Part shown: piece after piece, positions 53,176-63,948 of the stretch | Numbering within the stretch: the first letter of the stretch is position 1 | How the letters are laid out: each line of letters starts with the position of its first letter | Virus record (IMG/VR): IMGVR_UViG_3300028591_000124 | Span: 32,001 to 96,000 of that record | DNA from: a virus | Taxonomy: Duplodnaviria; Caudoviricetes | Strand: one strand, 5' to 3' | Length of the DNA: 64,000 bases | Program-made: the position numbers and the translations under genes | Notes under the pieces: model-generated | Databases searched by the model: none | What the model was told of the DNA's origin: nothing | Seen by the model: the letters and a program-made list of their open reading frames with translations, nothing else

Positions 53176-54087
53176 CTAATTCTTACCAAGCATATTTATC
53201 GCTTCGTATATCTTCGCAAGGTGGTCTGGAATGACGATTTTGAGGTCAGCAATCTTCTTGGATTCCTCAGACTTCCATGCCTCGAACTCTGCCAACTGTT
53301 TCTTGCCCTCTACATCCCACTCACGGACTTTCTCTGCATATTCAGAGTTTCGCTTCATGTTCTCAGCACGAACCTGTTCGTCAATATCATGGAGAATCGA
53401 ATTCAACTCTGCCTGCTTTGAACGATGCTCAGCCTGAAGATTGAAAAAGACCTCATTGACATCGTGTTCATCACACGTCGGCTTGTACTCATATACCAGA
53501 GCATCACGTCCCTCACCCTTGACCTCAAATGGAGCACCACTGATTTTCAGAAGATTCTTGCGGGCATTCGAATATGTGCCGTCTGGATGTATGAACTTAC
53601 CGAAGACCGCACATGTGGTCTGCAACTCATAAATCCGGTTGCGCTCCTTGATATTGAGACTGGCAATATATTCGTCCTTGGTTATGCTGTCTGGACGCTT
53701 GGGCTGTCCCCAGAAGTCCATACCGCGTTCCTTGAACCATTCTTCGATGTCCTTTTTGTTGATGGCATTCAGAAGATTCTCACGCGCCTTGATAGCCTCA
53801 CGCAGCCATGCGATCAGAGACTTTGCCTCAGACACCTGTTTGAGATAATGCGGAATGTCTCTCAGTTCTTCTGGAGTCATGCCTACACTTGTCTGTGACT
53901 TGTCGGGACTTCCTATCAGACCCACATGAGTCGAATAGAAATCAAACTTATACAATATGCCCATTTCGATGTTCTGAGCAAACTCTTTCGCCATGTTAGC
54001 GATGTGATTGGCAGAGGTCGATGTCAGACCGTTCTCGCCAAAGAAAACCATATTCTTATCCATGATTCTGTGATTTGTTTCATTCAA
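53176..54087 (-). CDS. hypothetical coiled-coil protein
   Basis: About 300 aa; GLTSTSANHIANMAKE, AWLREAIKA. Confidence 0.8.
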   Translation of the reverse strand: MNETNHRIMDKNMVFFGENGLTSTSANHIANMAKEFAQNIEMGILYKFDFYSTHVGLIGSPDKSQTSVGMTPEELRDIPHYLKQVSEAKSLIAWLREAIKARENLLNAINKKDIEEWFKERGMDFWGQPKRPDSITKDEYIASLNIKERNRIYELQTTCAVFGKFIHPDGTYSNARKNLLKISGAPFEVKGEGRDALVYEYKPTCDEHDVNEVFFNLQAEHRSKQAELNSILHDIDEQVRAENMKRNSEYAEKVREWDVEGKKQLAEFEAWKSEESKKIADLKIVIPDHLAKIYEAINMLGKN

Positions 54088-54146
54088 ATTGAAATAGGGC
54101 AGAGGAATCCCCTGCCCGTTGTTACTTTAACTTAGGTTCTCAGAAA

Positions 54147-57100
54147 TTAACGTCCTTTAAGTACGTGTTCCTCGAATCTTTCCATAGCATCCAGCCACCT
54201 GTTCAAGAGCCCCTGGTGAGACATGGCCCATGCGCACAGGAAGAAGAAATACACAATTCCGAAAATATTCGGCCACCATGACTTACCCTCATCCACAATC
54301 AAGAAACAAGGCGCAATGATAACCATCCAGCCGATGAATTTTGCCAAGTCGTTCATACCAGTATCATTCCTGTATTGCGACGGGCGAACAGACTGCGACG
54401 GATTGCCTCAGCCTTTGCCTCGAACGGTGAACAACTACGCTGGAGGACCAGCACGACATTCTTTACGACGAGACCTAATCTGTAGTCATAAGTGGTCTCA
54501 ATCGCATTCTTGCGGAATCTCTGGCGATGTCCGCACTTATTTGGATTTTTAAGTGTTATCATATCAGTCGATGTTGTAATTGAATTCGTATATTACTCTG
54601 CGACGTAGCATGGAGACTTCCAGATTCGAAAGTCCGCATTCCTTGATGATTTCAGCCATTCTGAACGGGGTGACATACATGGATACGCCAACTCGCGCCA
54701 TCATACGGAAGATACCCAGGATTTCCTCGTAGGCATCCAACTTGGTCATGATTTTGTGGTGTGTCATAATGGCCTCGCTTTCTCTATTTAATAGCCGACT
54801 GCCACCAGTACGATGACATTCAGGGTCCTCTTCACACAAGAGACGATCTCGACACGCGAATACGTATCCAGAAGACGGTCTCTCAAATCCTCTACGTGGC
54901 TCATAGAGTCCACACTGTACTCCTTGGTCTTCATACGCGAACGCCCTCCTTAAGAATACGTGAATACCATTCAATATCTTCAGAACACCTGTTGATGTGC
55001 TGGATGATAGTGAACTTGTCGAACTCTGACACAGCATCGTTATAACGTGCCTGCCACTTCTTCTTTGCCTCATTTAGCCCTGCGATGAGGTTACGCAGCA
55101 AGGTCTGTCCCTTGGGTCCGAATTGATGTTTCATAATCTTGTGGATTAAATTAAACAATAAGAAAAAAGATTTGTGATTGCGCCTGCCCAGCCCTCGAAA
55201 AGCTGGGTGTCTGCCATATTGCTACTCAGAACAAGCATTCATTCGTTCGTTCACCATATCATTGAGCACACGAACCACCAGTTCGGTTGCTCTGCTTATT
55301 GAAACCCTCTCATGTCCTTCAAGGATTGCCCTTGCTTTGCATAGTAGGGTTATCCTATCATCGACTGTCATTTTGCGGTCCTCCGAAATTTATGAGAAAC
55401 ATCCACTAAGCTCTCTCTGAACCTGGGCAAGGCTCTTCTCCTTGGAGAACACATAGCTGCCACCACCACAGTTCTTCAGGCGACCATTCCATTTGCCACC
55501 CAGCTTCTTGAATGCCACCATGAGGCACTTTGTATCCGCATTTGTGCTCAGGACAAAGCACTTCTCAGAGTAGTCCACGAACTTGAACTTCATCTTCTTG
55601 ATAGCCTTTTTGTCAGCCAGGGAAATCTGCTCAATCTCCATTTTGTCGGCTCTCTTCTGCATACGATTAGCCTCTTTGTTACGAGATTTGAGCATCTTGA
55701 CGTGACTGTCGTAAGCTGCCTTGATGTCCGAAAATGCGGTCTTTGCCTCATCCTCGCTCATGCCTGTGAATATACTTGCAAAATTGTTGTTTGCGGGCTT
55801 AGTCTCTTGCTTTGCAGTCTTTCCTGCGGTCTTCTTATCGTTTGCCATGATGATATAGTAGCCCCACTTGAAAGCGGCTACAACTGCTTTTGTTGATTGT
55901 TAAAAAGTTTTCTTCGATTTGCACACTATTGTGACTTTTGAATTTGCAAACCTTACGACATGGAGATAACTTCCAGTCTTGTCTCCTACGTGGTCTCGCA
56001 CTCGCTTATTTGTGCGGGTGCCCTTGCCAGCATTGAACATTCCAAGACCACACTCCAAAGGACGCTTTGACTCCTTTGCTTCTTCAAGCTTTGCAAGCTT
56101 TTGTTCGTAGTTATGACAAGCCTCTTCCTGTGTCTTATACGAACGCTTTGATTTCCAAAGTCCGTCCTGCTTCTTGTGGCGTTCCCACTGTACACGCCCA
56201 CGAATCTGAGCGATTTCTTCCTTTGCCAAAGCTTTCTCAGCTTCAGCCATTTTGCGCATTATCCGCAAAGGCAGTCCTTGACGCTGGTCTGCTTTGACTT
56301 GGTTCTCGATAGTGCGCAACTGTGCCTCGGTGAACATGTCACCCATAGTTGCTACTGTCCGCATAGTTATCCGCTTGCCGTGTTGCGGTAGGGCTTAGAT
56401 TGTGATACTTTGCACTCCACCCAAAAGTCACCTTTGCAGTGTGTCGGAGTGTGGTCACTTGTGTTCCCAGACCACCCCACAAAGTGAGGCGGTTTCGTCG
56501 CAATTTTCAGCGTACTCTTCAGTGGGACTCTCGATAACCCTATGAGGGTTATGCAGCCTTTTTGAGGGACTTCTTGGTGCTCTTCTTGGAGCCCTTCTTG
56601 GAAGATTTCTCTTCCAAGCCGGTGAAACTCCACACTCCGTTGCTCTTAGCAACATGGCACCAGTCTGGCTGCTGAGAAGTGCCGATGTTGACATAACCTT
56701 CGGTTATGCTTGCAGCCTTGGCAGCAGCCTTTTCGACCTTTGCCACCCATGTCGTAGACATGGCACACTGCTTCAGTCCGTCCACTACCACATCTGTGGT
56801 AGGAGCCAAGTTGACCTTGCGGTCAAATGCTTTCTCAGTTTCACTGAGAAGAGTGCGCTTTTCGTACACTCTCACAGCCTTGTACAGACCACCCTCTTCG
56901 AGGGTGTACAGGGTGAGGTCTTGACCGTCAACAGTCACTTTGTGACTGATGCTGCGGAACATCTGAGGGTTGCCAGCCTGGTCTTTCAGACCACCCCACC
57001 AAGCGGTGAAGAAGTCAGCAGCCTTAAGGCTGGAGAGTGTGGTCACATGAACACCAAGGGTGTTCATAGCAGCGAGAAGTTCACGTCCTAAAGCTCTTGC

Positions 57101-57226
57101 TTTAGACTCCTGAAATGCTCTTGCAGTGGCATTCCAAGTGTGGACTGACTGCTTTGCAGTCTTGGCAGCGTTATTCACACGGGTGTTGTTACTCTGCTTG
57201 CGGTTGTTACTTTTGCGTGTTGTCAT
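54147..57226 (-). other. first genes of the minus-strand early block (54147-54356, 54353-54562, several small ORFs, 55390-55848, 55900-56364, 56549-57226), mostly basic hypothetical proteins
   Basis: Co-oriented ORFs separated by structured spacers. Confidence 0.7.
56371..56395 (-). promoter_or_regulatory. 5'-UTR stem-loop motif, copy 2
   Basis: AGCCCTA-CCGC-AACACGGCAA-GCGG ending 6 nt before ATG 56364. Confidence 0.65.
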
Positions 57227-57232
57227 AAAATG

Positions 57233-57258
57233 CGGCTTGACCGTGATGCCGTAGGGCT
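57233..57258 (-). promoter_or_regulatory. 5'-UTR stem-loop motif, copy 1
   Basis: AGCCCTA-CGGC-ATCACGGTCAA-GCCG ending 6 nt before ATG 57226. Confidence 0.65.
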
Positions 57259-57289
57259 GAATGAATGTTAAACAAAATTGAAAATTTTG

Positions 57290-57960
57290 TGCTCACAGAG
57301 GGAGTCGGTCAAACCCCATTTGGGGTTTCTCAGTCATACCCGTGAGGGCTCATACTGAGCCTCTGCAAGCAGTCCGTTCGCTCCGGAAGCCTATGCTTTC
57401 ACTCCTATGGAGTGGTCACGGCAATTTCTTCCGTCTTGTGACAACCAACACTCAGCATAGCTGAGTATGCAACGACTTCTTCGCTGGGACTGCTGCTACG
57501 TAGCAGATAACTCTACGAGTTATTCGGGTTGTTCCCCCGACTGGCACCCTTATAGGGTGTTGCTCAACCAGTGTTCGCTCCTCTTGCTTTCTAAAGCAAG
57601 ACTTGCCTGCCCTTGTGAGGCTACATTTGCAGAGCAAATGACTTGTGGTCGCTTTGCAAATGCAATTTTAGAACAAGTTCTAAAATTTGGTTGCTCTCTC
57701 TCGCGCCCGCTATGTGGGGCTGAGTGCATGTTGTCGGTCATCCGCTAAAGTTCCACAAGAACTTTAGTGCGCTTCTACGGGACTTGTTCTCTCTTCGAGA
57801 GAAGCGCATATAGCAGTTGGTGCTCTACTTTGTGACCCTAAAGGGTCAGTAGCGAGGGACGCTGCTCTTAGCTCCTAAAGGAGCCGTGTCGCAATACGTA
57901 AAGAACTCTATCATCGGGGTGCCATACGCTCTGTATCGCTGGGGACTTGTCCGATGACAC
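57290..57960 (-). ncRNA. candidate large structured non-coding element (about 670 nt)
   Basis: About 15 short hairpins, no credible ORF, promoter-like sequence directly upstream. Confidence 0.6.
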
Positions 57961-57963
57961 CAA

Positions 57964-57995
57964 CAAAGAGAGTGGTAATTATCTTTTCTTCCAAA
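57964..57995 (-). promoter_or_regulatory. near-consensus Bacteroidota promoter TTTG-N20-TCTCTTTG
   Basis: Correct spacing, one mismatch in the -7 element, AT-rich upstream. Confidence 0.5.
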
Positions 57996-58730
57996 TTTTT
58001 TTGCAAGTATTTTTTGAGAAAATCAAAATTAATTTTTTATATTTATATGAATATAAATATATTTTGAGTAAATTTTCGAGTATTTTGACAAAATTTGTTG
58101 GTAGGTAGCAAAGTGGGTGTTGAGAATTTTTACTGAAAGTTCGGAAATTGAAAAATTTTGACAGGATTGAAGAGTGGCGGTGGGACATCACAGTCAGGTA
58201 AAAGAAGCTGAAATGCCGACCTACAAAGGGAAACGACGATTTTCAATCCCAAATTTTTAATTGTTAAAAAGTCTTTCGAAAATCAAAACGAAATTTACTC
58301 CGCAGACAGTTATTCATATATTATATATAAGGTATATTGGTTCACTTATCATAAAAGTGAAACAAAAAAGATTTTACACCGATATTTTCGAAAACATCAG
58401 TAAATAAAGGCATTTCGAGACGTTTTGGCACTACCGAAAAAATAAAAAAACCGAACACCCCACCACCTTCGGACGGGGCACCCCACACAAAATTTTCCCG
58501 AATTTTTGCAATCTCGTTTTCAGCCCTCAAAATCCCACCTTACACAACACTCATCCGTCTACTTAGACTAACTGAAAACTCTCTCATTATATTCTGGGTG
58601 CGCAGCACAGGCCGTCAGGCACACCAACACAACTCACCAAAACACCCCAAAAATTCACTAAATCTTTACAAAAATCGACTTTTACCATATCCCAAATTTT
58701 CTGGGAGCCCTATTTTTGCAGTCTCGTTTT

Positions 58731-58774
58731 TGACCACCACTTATGACCACCTTTTGACCACTACATTTGACCAC
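58731..58774 (+). repeat. four direct TGACCAC repeats
   Basis: At 58731, 58744, 58755 and 58768. Confidence 0.8.
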
Positions 58775-58941
58775 CTGGGAACTTCGCAACAACTCAATAA
58801 TAACTTCGTAATAACTTAATAAAAGTTATCAAACCACAACTTAAATAAAAAACCAGGAAGCCTCAACAACCTCGCAATTTCCTGAAGCTATTTTTTAGAA
58901 AGCATCATTTTTATATCATTATTTATTTCAAAATTACACTC

Positions 58942-59454
58942 ATGATCAAAAACAGAAGCGAAAACCCCAAATTTGGTGAGGTTTACAAAGAAAAGATTAC
59001 CAAAATGCCTGGTGGGTTTGGCATGATTCCTTGGGATTCTTTTAATTGCCTCAACCCAATTCAAACAGTTGTATGGCTTAAAATTTGTGAGACAGCTTAC
59101 AAAACAGTTGCTAATAATTACATCACGATTAGTGAACCTTGGCTTAACAGAAATTTTGCTGATCGGTCAGAATGGAAAGATGTAATTAATACTGTACTTG
59201 ACTTGGAAGATATAGGATATATTTCATGTACCATATATAAAGCATCCATCACAATACGTATAGATTATGACAACTTAAACCTCATACTTCAAAAAGTTGG
59301 CCGTGAAAGGGGTGCTGGAATGAGAATCGCAAAGCTATCGACAAACATTTTGTCTTTAAGCAACGAAGAAATTGGTTCTGCATTAATACAACCAATTTAT
59401 CAAGAAAGAGCTTGCGAAACCCTTAAAAATATCATTGATGAAATATGCGAATAA
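58942..59454 (+). CDS. hypothetical protein, possibly winged-helix
   Basis: 170 aa; VLDLEDIGYI followed by a beta hairpin. Confidence 0.65.
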   Translation: MIKNRSENPKFGEVYKEKITKMPGGFGMIPWDSFNCLNPIQTVVWLKICETAYKTVANNYITISEPWLNRNFADRSEWKDVINTVLDLEDIGYISCTIYKASITIRIDYDNLNLILQKVGRERGAGMRIAKLSTNILSLSNEEIGSALIQPIYQERACETLKNIIDEICE

Positions 59455-59475
59455 GTACATTAAATCGCCTACATC

Positions 59476-59982
59476 ATGAGAAAGGGTACATGGAAGCCTC
59501 TAAGCGACGCTTCTAAAAATCAAAATAGAAAACGAGTGAATGATTTATTTATGAGCAAAAAGAATGGATACGGACATGACAAACGACTAATTACTATCTT
59601 CTTCCAGAAAGAAGCAAAGGTATTTGACTATGTGCGCTCCACCATTCAAGCTTTTGGATCATGCATTCGTAATGACAGTAAAATTGCGAGAATGACTGCC
59701 TGCAACAGAATTGTCTGCAAAGAAATACTGGACGCTCTTGTGTACGATATGGAAATATTGCGTTACACAACTCCTCTGGATGATGATGTTGAACTGATCG
59801 AAATAAACGACGATGTATTCAACAAACTCAATGATTTGCTTTATGAAGTCTCAGATGAAGGGGCTATTGAATTACGAAAACTTATAAAATATGGTTCGCT
59901 CAAAAATGATTATAGACACCTTTTGGAAAAAATTCCAGCAAAATATCTCAGGAGTCATGAAAATGAATGTGTCGATTTTTGA
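59476..59982 (+). CDS. hypothetical protein, possibly winged-helix replication initiator
   Basis: 168 aa; HTH-like DSKIARMTACNRIVCKEILDAL; 3' end overlaps iteron-like repeats. Confidence 0.6.
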   Translation: MRKGTWKPLSDASKNQNRKRVNDLFMSKKNGYGHDKRLITIFFQKEAKVFDYVRSTIQAFGSCIRNDSKIARMTACNRIVCKEILDALVYDMEILRYTTPLDDDVELIEINDDVFNKLNDLLYEVSDEGAIELRKLIKYGSLKNDYRHLLEKIPAKYLRSHENECVDF

Positions 59983-60048
59983 ACACATTATTTTCCGAAT
60001 GTGTCGATTTTTCGACACACTTTTTTGGAATGTGTCGATTTTTCGACA
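59965..60048. repeat. three iteron-like repeats GAATGTGTCGATTTTT with internal palindrome
   Basis: At 59965, 59997, 60028; copies 2 and 3 contain TGTCGA-TTTT-TCGACA; AT-rich DNA follows. Confidence 0.85.
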
Positions 60049-60323
60049 GGCTCAAACATATATAAGAGAGAATAATATAGAAGAGAATATTTTTAATAGA
60101 AGAGTCCGCGCACGTAAACTTCAGATAAAGAGCAAGGTGTTTTCTTATTCGAGTGAGTCATACTTCCAGTTATGCGTAAGCAATATAAATTATATTCCCA
60201 GGTCTTTTAATTATATTAATCGAAACAATTATTCAAGTATATCAAGACAATTTAAGACAGTTTATATATTAAGGGGTTCTTAGGGGAAATTTTTAATTTT
60301 CGAATTTAAAACAAAAATACGAT

Positions 60324-60803
60324 ATGGAACAACAACAAAAATCAAAGACCAAAAGCGGCAGGACCGAAACCCGCATGACGGAGACGGAGCTGGCCATCAG
60401 GCGAACGACGCTTCCACTGCATTCGTTCCTGACCGCCGACGAACTATCGCTCTACTATATTTTGGACCGGTTCCCAGTTCAGAGTCCAAACGGCATCGGC
60501 GACCCGAAATTTGCCGGAGCCTTGTCATCCATCATGGGCCGTTCGCTGAAGGACACCAGGGCCGCTATCAGCTCTCTCGCAGCTCTTGGGGTGGTTCTTG
60601 CCCCAGGCACCGACACTCTTGGCATGGAATCGGTCATAGATTTCCCAGTTGTTTGTACTTTCTGCAAACAACTTGGAGACTATCCAATTGGATTCGGAAG
60701 ATACCTCAGGAAGATTTCTGGAGACACCAGGGTTGATTCTATCACTCCGATGGAATATACAAAAGCATATCAGAAAATGACAAACGTAAAACATAAAAAT
60801 TAA
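60324..60803 (+). CDS. hypothetical protein, possibly winged-helix
   Basis: 159 aa; LSSIMGRSLKDTRAAISSLAALGVV HTH-like. Confidence 0.65.
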   Translation: MEQQQKSKTKSGRTETRMTETELAIRRTTLPLHSFLTADELSLYYILDRFPVQSPNGIGDPKFAGALSSIMGRSLKDTRAAISSLAALGVVLAPGTDTLGMESVIDFPVVCTFCKQLGDYPIGFGRYLRKISGDTRVDSITPMEYTKAYQKMTNVKHKN

Positions 60804-60807
60804 AATT

Positions 60808-62007
60808 ATGGAGATTGATGAAATTTTAAAGAAGAAAATTGCTGAGCAACTGAAGTCCAGCAATGAAAAAGTGGAAGTACTTCGCAAGCACATCGTAAAT
60901 GATGCCGGTCAGCAAGGCAGGGTTTACACAGACAGTGAGGAATGGTTTCTTGAACGTCTCGAAAGGGCCAAATCATATATTGGAAAAGCCCTGTTTGAGA
61001 TTCAGAGATCGGATTTTAATGTTGAACACGAAATTCCAGAACTAATTAAAGCATGATTATGAATACGACTGTGATTTTTATTTTGGTGTGGTTGGCTGGT
61101 GCCATCATTAACTCATGTGCCATCTTATATGTGGTCAAAAAGAAGAACTGTACTTTCCAGGATCGATTGGACTATATCATATCCACGATAGTCATTTCTG
61201 GATCTTTTGTTATCGACATCATATTATGTGTCGCGTATGTGTGTTCATATATAGAGTGGTACTTAACTGACAGAAGAAAATGACACTGGATATTGGAATT
61301 TATCTTTTGGGGTACATCACAATGGTGGCCTTGTTATTGGGTTCTTATTTTAGGAACAAACCAAAGAATACAAAACTATCCGATGATGCAGCGGCGATTA
61401 CGTGGTCTGTCATGATAGGTATTGGTTCGTGGCTATTTGTTGCGATATTCTTTTATGAAGTGTGGAGTGATAAAAAATTCAAAAACCGCAATGAGAATTT
61501 ATGATTTACACTCTATTGGTTGTTTTGGGTTCTATTTTTCATTAGATTCATTAATTTAAAAATTTATCTCATGACAAAGAAAGAACTTTTAGAAAACAAG
61601 ATCTTCCAGATGATGTCTGAAGACTCTGAAATTATTCTGGATGCACTGGGACATCACAGGGTCCGCACAGTAAGACGTGGCCAGACTCCCAGGACAGGCG
61701 ACAAATATGTATTGATTTTATCTGTGAAATAGTTATGATTGAAGACAAGGAGATTTTCGATAAGGAGGCAATGGAACCTTCTTATGGTGAATACAAAGAA
61801 GATTTGGTATCCGAATACTTGTGGCTGGATTCCAAGACTGCCAAATTGTATCGGTATATCCACAGTGACGCATTTGAGAAGCTTCCAGATCTCGAAAAAG
61901 ACGATCTTGGGTCTCAATTGGCCACTTATAAGACTCTCCTGAAGATTGTGGGCGACAGGGCCAGGAGAAACGGACTCTGGGACCAGATTCAAAACATCAT
62001 CCAGTAG
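60808..62007 (+). other. small hypothetical CDS (60808-61056, 61053-61283 and 61280-61504 membrane proteins, 61571-61732, 61735-62007)
   Basis: Co-oriented abutting ORFs. Confidence 0.65.
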
Positions 62008-62119
62008 TCATAAGCTATTTATGAGTGAGCAGCAGAGGCTGAGGATGTGTTTTTCATATTAAAATTGTTTTAGGTTAGTAGTAATATTTATAGTTTTAGG
62101 TTTTTAGTTATTAGTATCA

Positions 62120-62154
62120 CCGTTCGAGTCTGGGAAGATTTGAACGGTTTTTCT
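62120..62154 (+). terminator. intrinsic terminator
   Basis: CCGTTC...GAACGG stem followed by T-tract. Confidence 0.75.
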
Positions 62155-62198
62155 TATTAATTAAGGTTAAGTTCTGCTAAAGAATCGGGAATATTTCG

Positions 62199-62206
62199 TA
62201 TCTTTG
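62199..62206 (+). promoter_or_regulatory. Bacteroidota -7 element (TATCTTTG)
   Basis: Exact TAnnTTTG about 25 nt before ATG 62232. Confidence 0.7.
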
Positions 62207-62231
62207 CAGCCTAAATGATAATCCGCATAAT

Positions 62232-63008
62232 ATGGAGGCAGACAAAGTTATAAAAGACGGTGACGTTGTTGTTTTTGGAAATACAATTGGTCACGTAATG
62301 TATGTACGAAACGGTTGGGTTGGTGTTGACGCATATTTTACGGACACGAATCACAACAATCTTTTAGTAAATCTGTTTGATATAGACGAATCAAACATAG
62401 ATGTCCGATTGGCCAACGAAGATGAATCCAAGGAGTTCAAGTCTGCTTTGATGAAATTTGGGTATCACATCAAGTCAGATACAGGGAAACTCGTCAAAAG
62501 TCATTTGTGGTCAGCTGGAGAATGGGTTGAGGTCAAGTCTGGTGAATCCGTAGTAAAGGGGATTATCACTGAGTTTGACACACCAAAGTCTGTTGTCTTG
62601 TCGGCAAGTCTTGACAAGACTCTCATATATTATTCTTTTGATATTGTTTCGTCAGAAGTACGTGTCCTGAAGATCTCAGAAAAGAAAAAGGCCCTGTCTG
62701 AATTTGAGGCGGCTGGCTGGCACTGGGATCCAAAAGAGCTAAGGCCCGTCAGAATCATGCCGAGGTCAAAACCTGGCCAGATGTATTGGAGCATCACGGA
62801 TAAATTTACCGTTAGATGTGAGGCAGACAATATGACTGAGAAACACAACCAACGGTATAATTCAGGAAACTATTTTGTGACACCAGAAGAAGCAAATGCA
62901 GCTCTCCAGCATTTACTTACATATCTTGATGGTCTTCGTATTCATTGTCATGACGGTCACGATGATCGTGACGGGTGCGCTTCTTTGATTGGAAATAAGG
63001 CTCTATAA
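62232..63008 (+). CDS. hypothetical protein with two internal repeat domains
   Basis: RLANEDE...KFGYH and RVLKISE...AAGWHW repeats; C-terminal RYNSGNYF. Confidence 0.75.
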   Translation: MEADKVIKDGDVVVFGNTIGHVMYVRNGWVGVDAYFTDTNHNNLLVNLFDIDESNIDVRLANEDESKEFKSALMKFGYHIKSDTGKLVKSHLWSAGEWVEVKSGESVVKGIITEFDTPKSVVLSASLDKTLIYYSFDIVSSEVRVLKISEKKKALSEFEAAGWHWDPKELRPVRIMPRSKPGQMYWSITDKFTVRCEADNMTEKHNQRYNSGNYFVTPEEANAALQHLLTYLDGLRIHCHDGHDDRDGCASLIGNKAL

Positions 63009-63204
63009 TACCAATACCCATTAGTGACGCAGATACAATGACTATGACTTCTGTTATTTCTGGTGCTTCGGAATGTTCCAGTGTACAGTGAATCATAACC
63101 CACAATGCACACACCCAGCCTGCAACACCACAGGCTCGTTTACTGCTTACACGTCCTTCAGAAGTCGTAAAAATCTGGCCTAATTTATTAAAAACCGCTT
63201 TCAT
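62917..63204 (-). CDS. two-TM membrane protein (holin-like)
   Basis: GRVSSKR followed by two TM helices; ATG at 63204. Confidence 0.6.
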   Translation of the reverse strand: MKAVFNKLGQIFTTSEGRVSSKRACGVAGWVCALWVMIHCTLEHSEAPEITEVIVIVSASLMGIGIIEPYFQSKKRTRHDHRDRHDNEYEDHQDM

Positions 63205-63405
63205 ACCTTTTATTGTAAATAGGCAGAAAGCGGTTCTTGAAGTTAGGGTTTCTTCTCCCACCAGAGGCAGCATCCGTCTCTCCAGCTTTCTCTACATGTG
63301 AGAATCAGATCTACGCATTTCTTATGTTTTCTTGGTGCCGGTTGCTTGAACTTCGCACAATTCTTACAGGTCCTTTCCGTTGACAGTCTTGGGTCTCGTT
63401 TCATA

Positions 63406-63948
63406 TCAGAAAAAACTTTTTAGTCCCTGAATATACCAATAGTCATCAGCTGATTTCTCGCTGATTCGGCTGACAACCGATGTCTGGCCGTTATCCTTAG
63501 CCCATTGTTCCATTTTTGTGGCTGAGAATTGCGTATCTATAGAAACCATAGCTGAATCATAATTACGTATCCAACAATCGGTGATCTCTTCCAGGGTAAA
63601 TTCTCCGACATCCCTGTTGATACGTTCCAGTGCCTTTGCGACTGCATCAGCAACATCCTTGACATATTTTCCTTCATATTTAGCCATCTGGAGTGCCCAT
63701 ACATAGCAAGCAGCCTCTATATCAGTCAGTTTCTCCCAGCCGTCATCTGTTTTTTCGGTAAGCCATACAAGTTTCTTGAAGAAAATACGGCTTAGTCTGT
63801 TTTCTTCACCGATTTCTGACAGTTGACCATCCTGAAAGTGCTTGTCCTGAATCTCATGAATACATGCTTTAATGATTTTGACAGCATCCGGATCACCAGG
63901 TGCTTCAATATCTGGGAATTTGAATATTTCTTTTGTCAGGACATCCAC
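63406..63948 (-). CDS. hypothetical protein, start may lie outside window
   Basis: At least 180 aa ORF. Confidence 0.65.
   Translation of the reverse strand: MDVLTKEIFKFPDIEAPGDPDAVKIIKACIHEIQDKHFQDGQLSEIGEENRLSRIFFKKLVWLTEKTDDGWEKLTDIEAACYVWALQMAKYEGKYVKDVADAVAKALERINRDVGEFTLEEITDCWIRNYDSAMVSIDTQFSATKMEQWAKDNGQTSVVSRISEKSADDYWYIQGLKSFF

Noticed and set aside
59891-60283. 130 aa ORF over the iteron repeats
   Set aside because: It overlaps the upstream gene and translates repeats and AT-rich DNA. It could be a frameshifted tail of 59476-59982, but I cannot support that.
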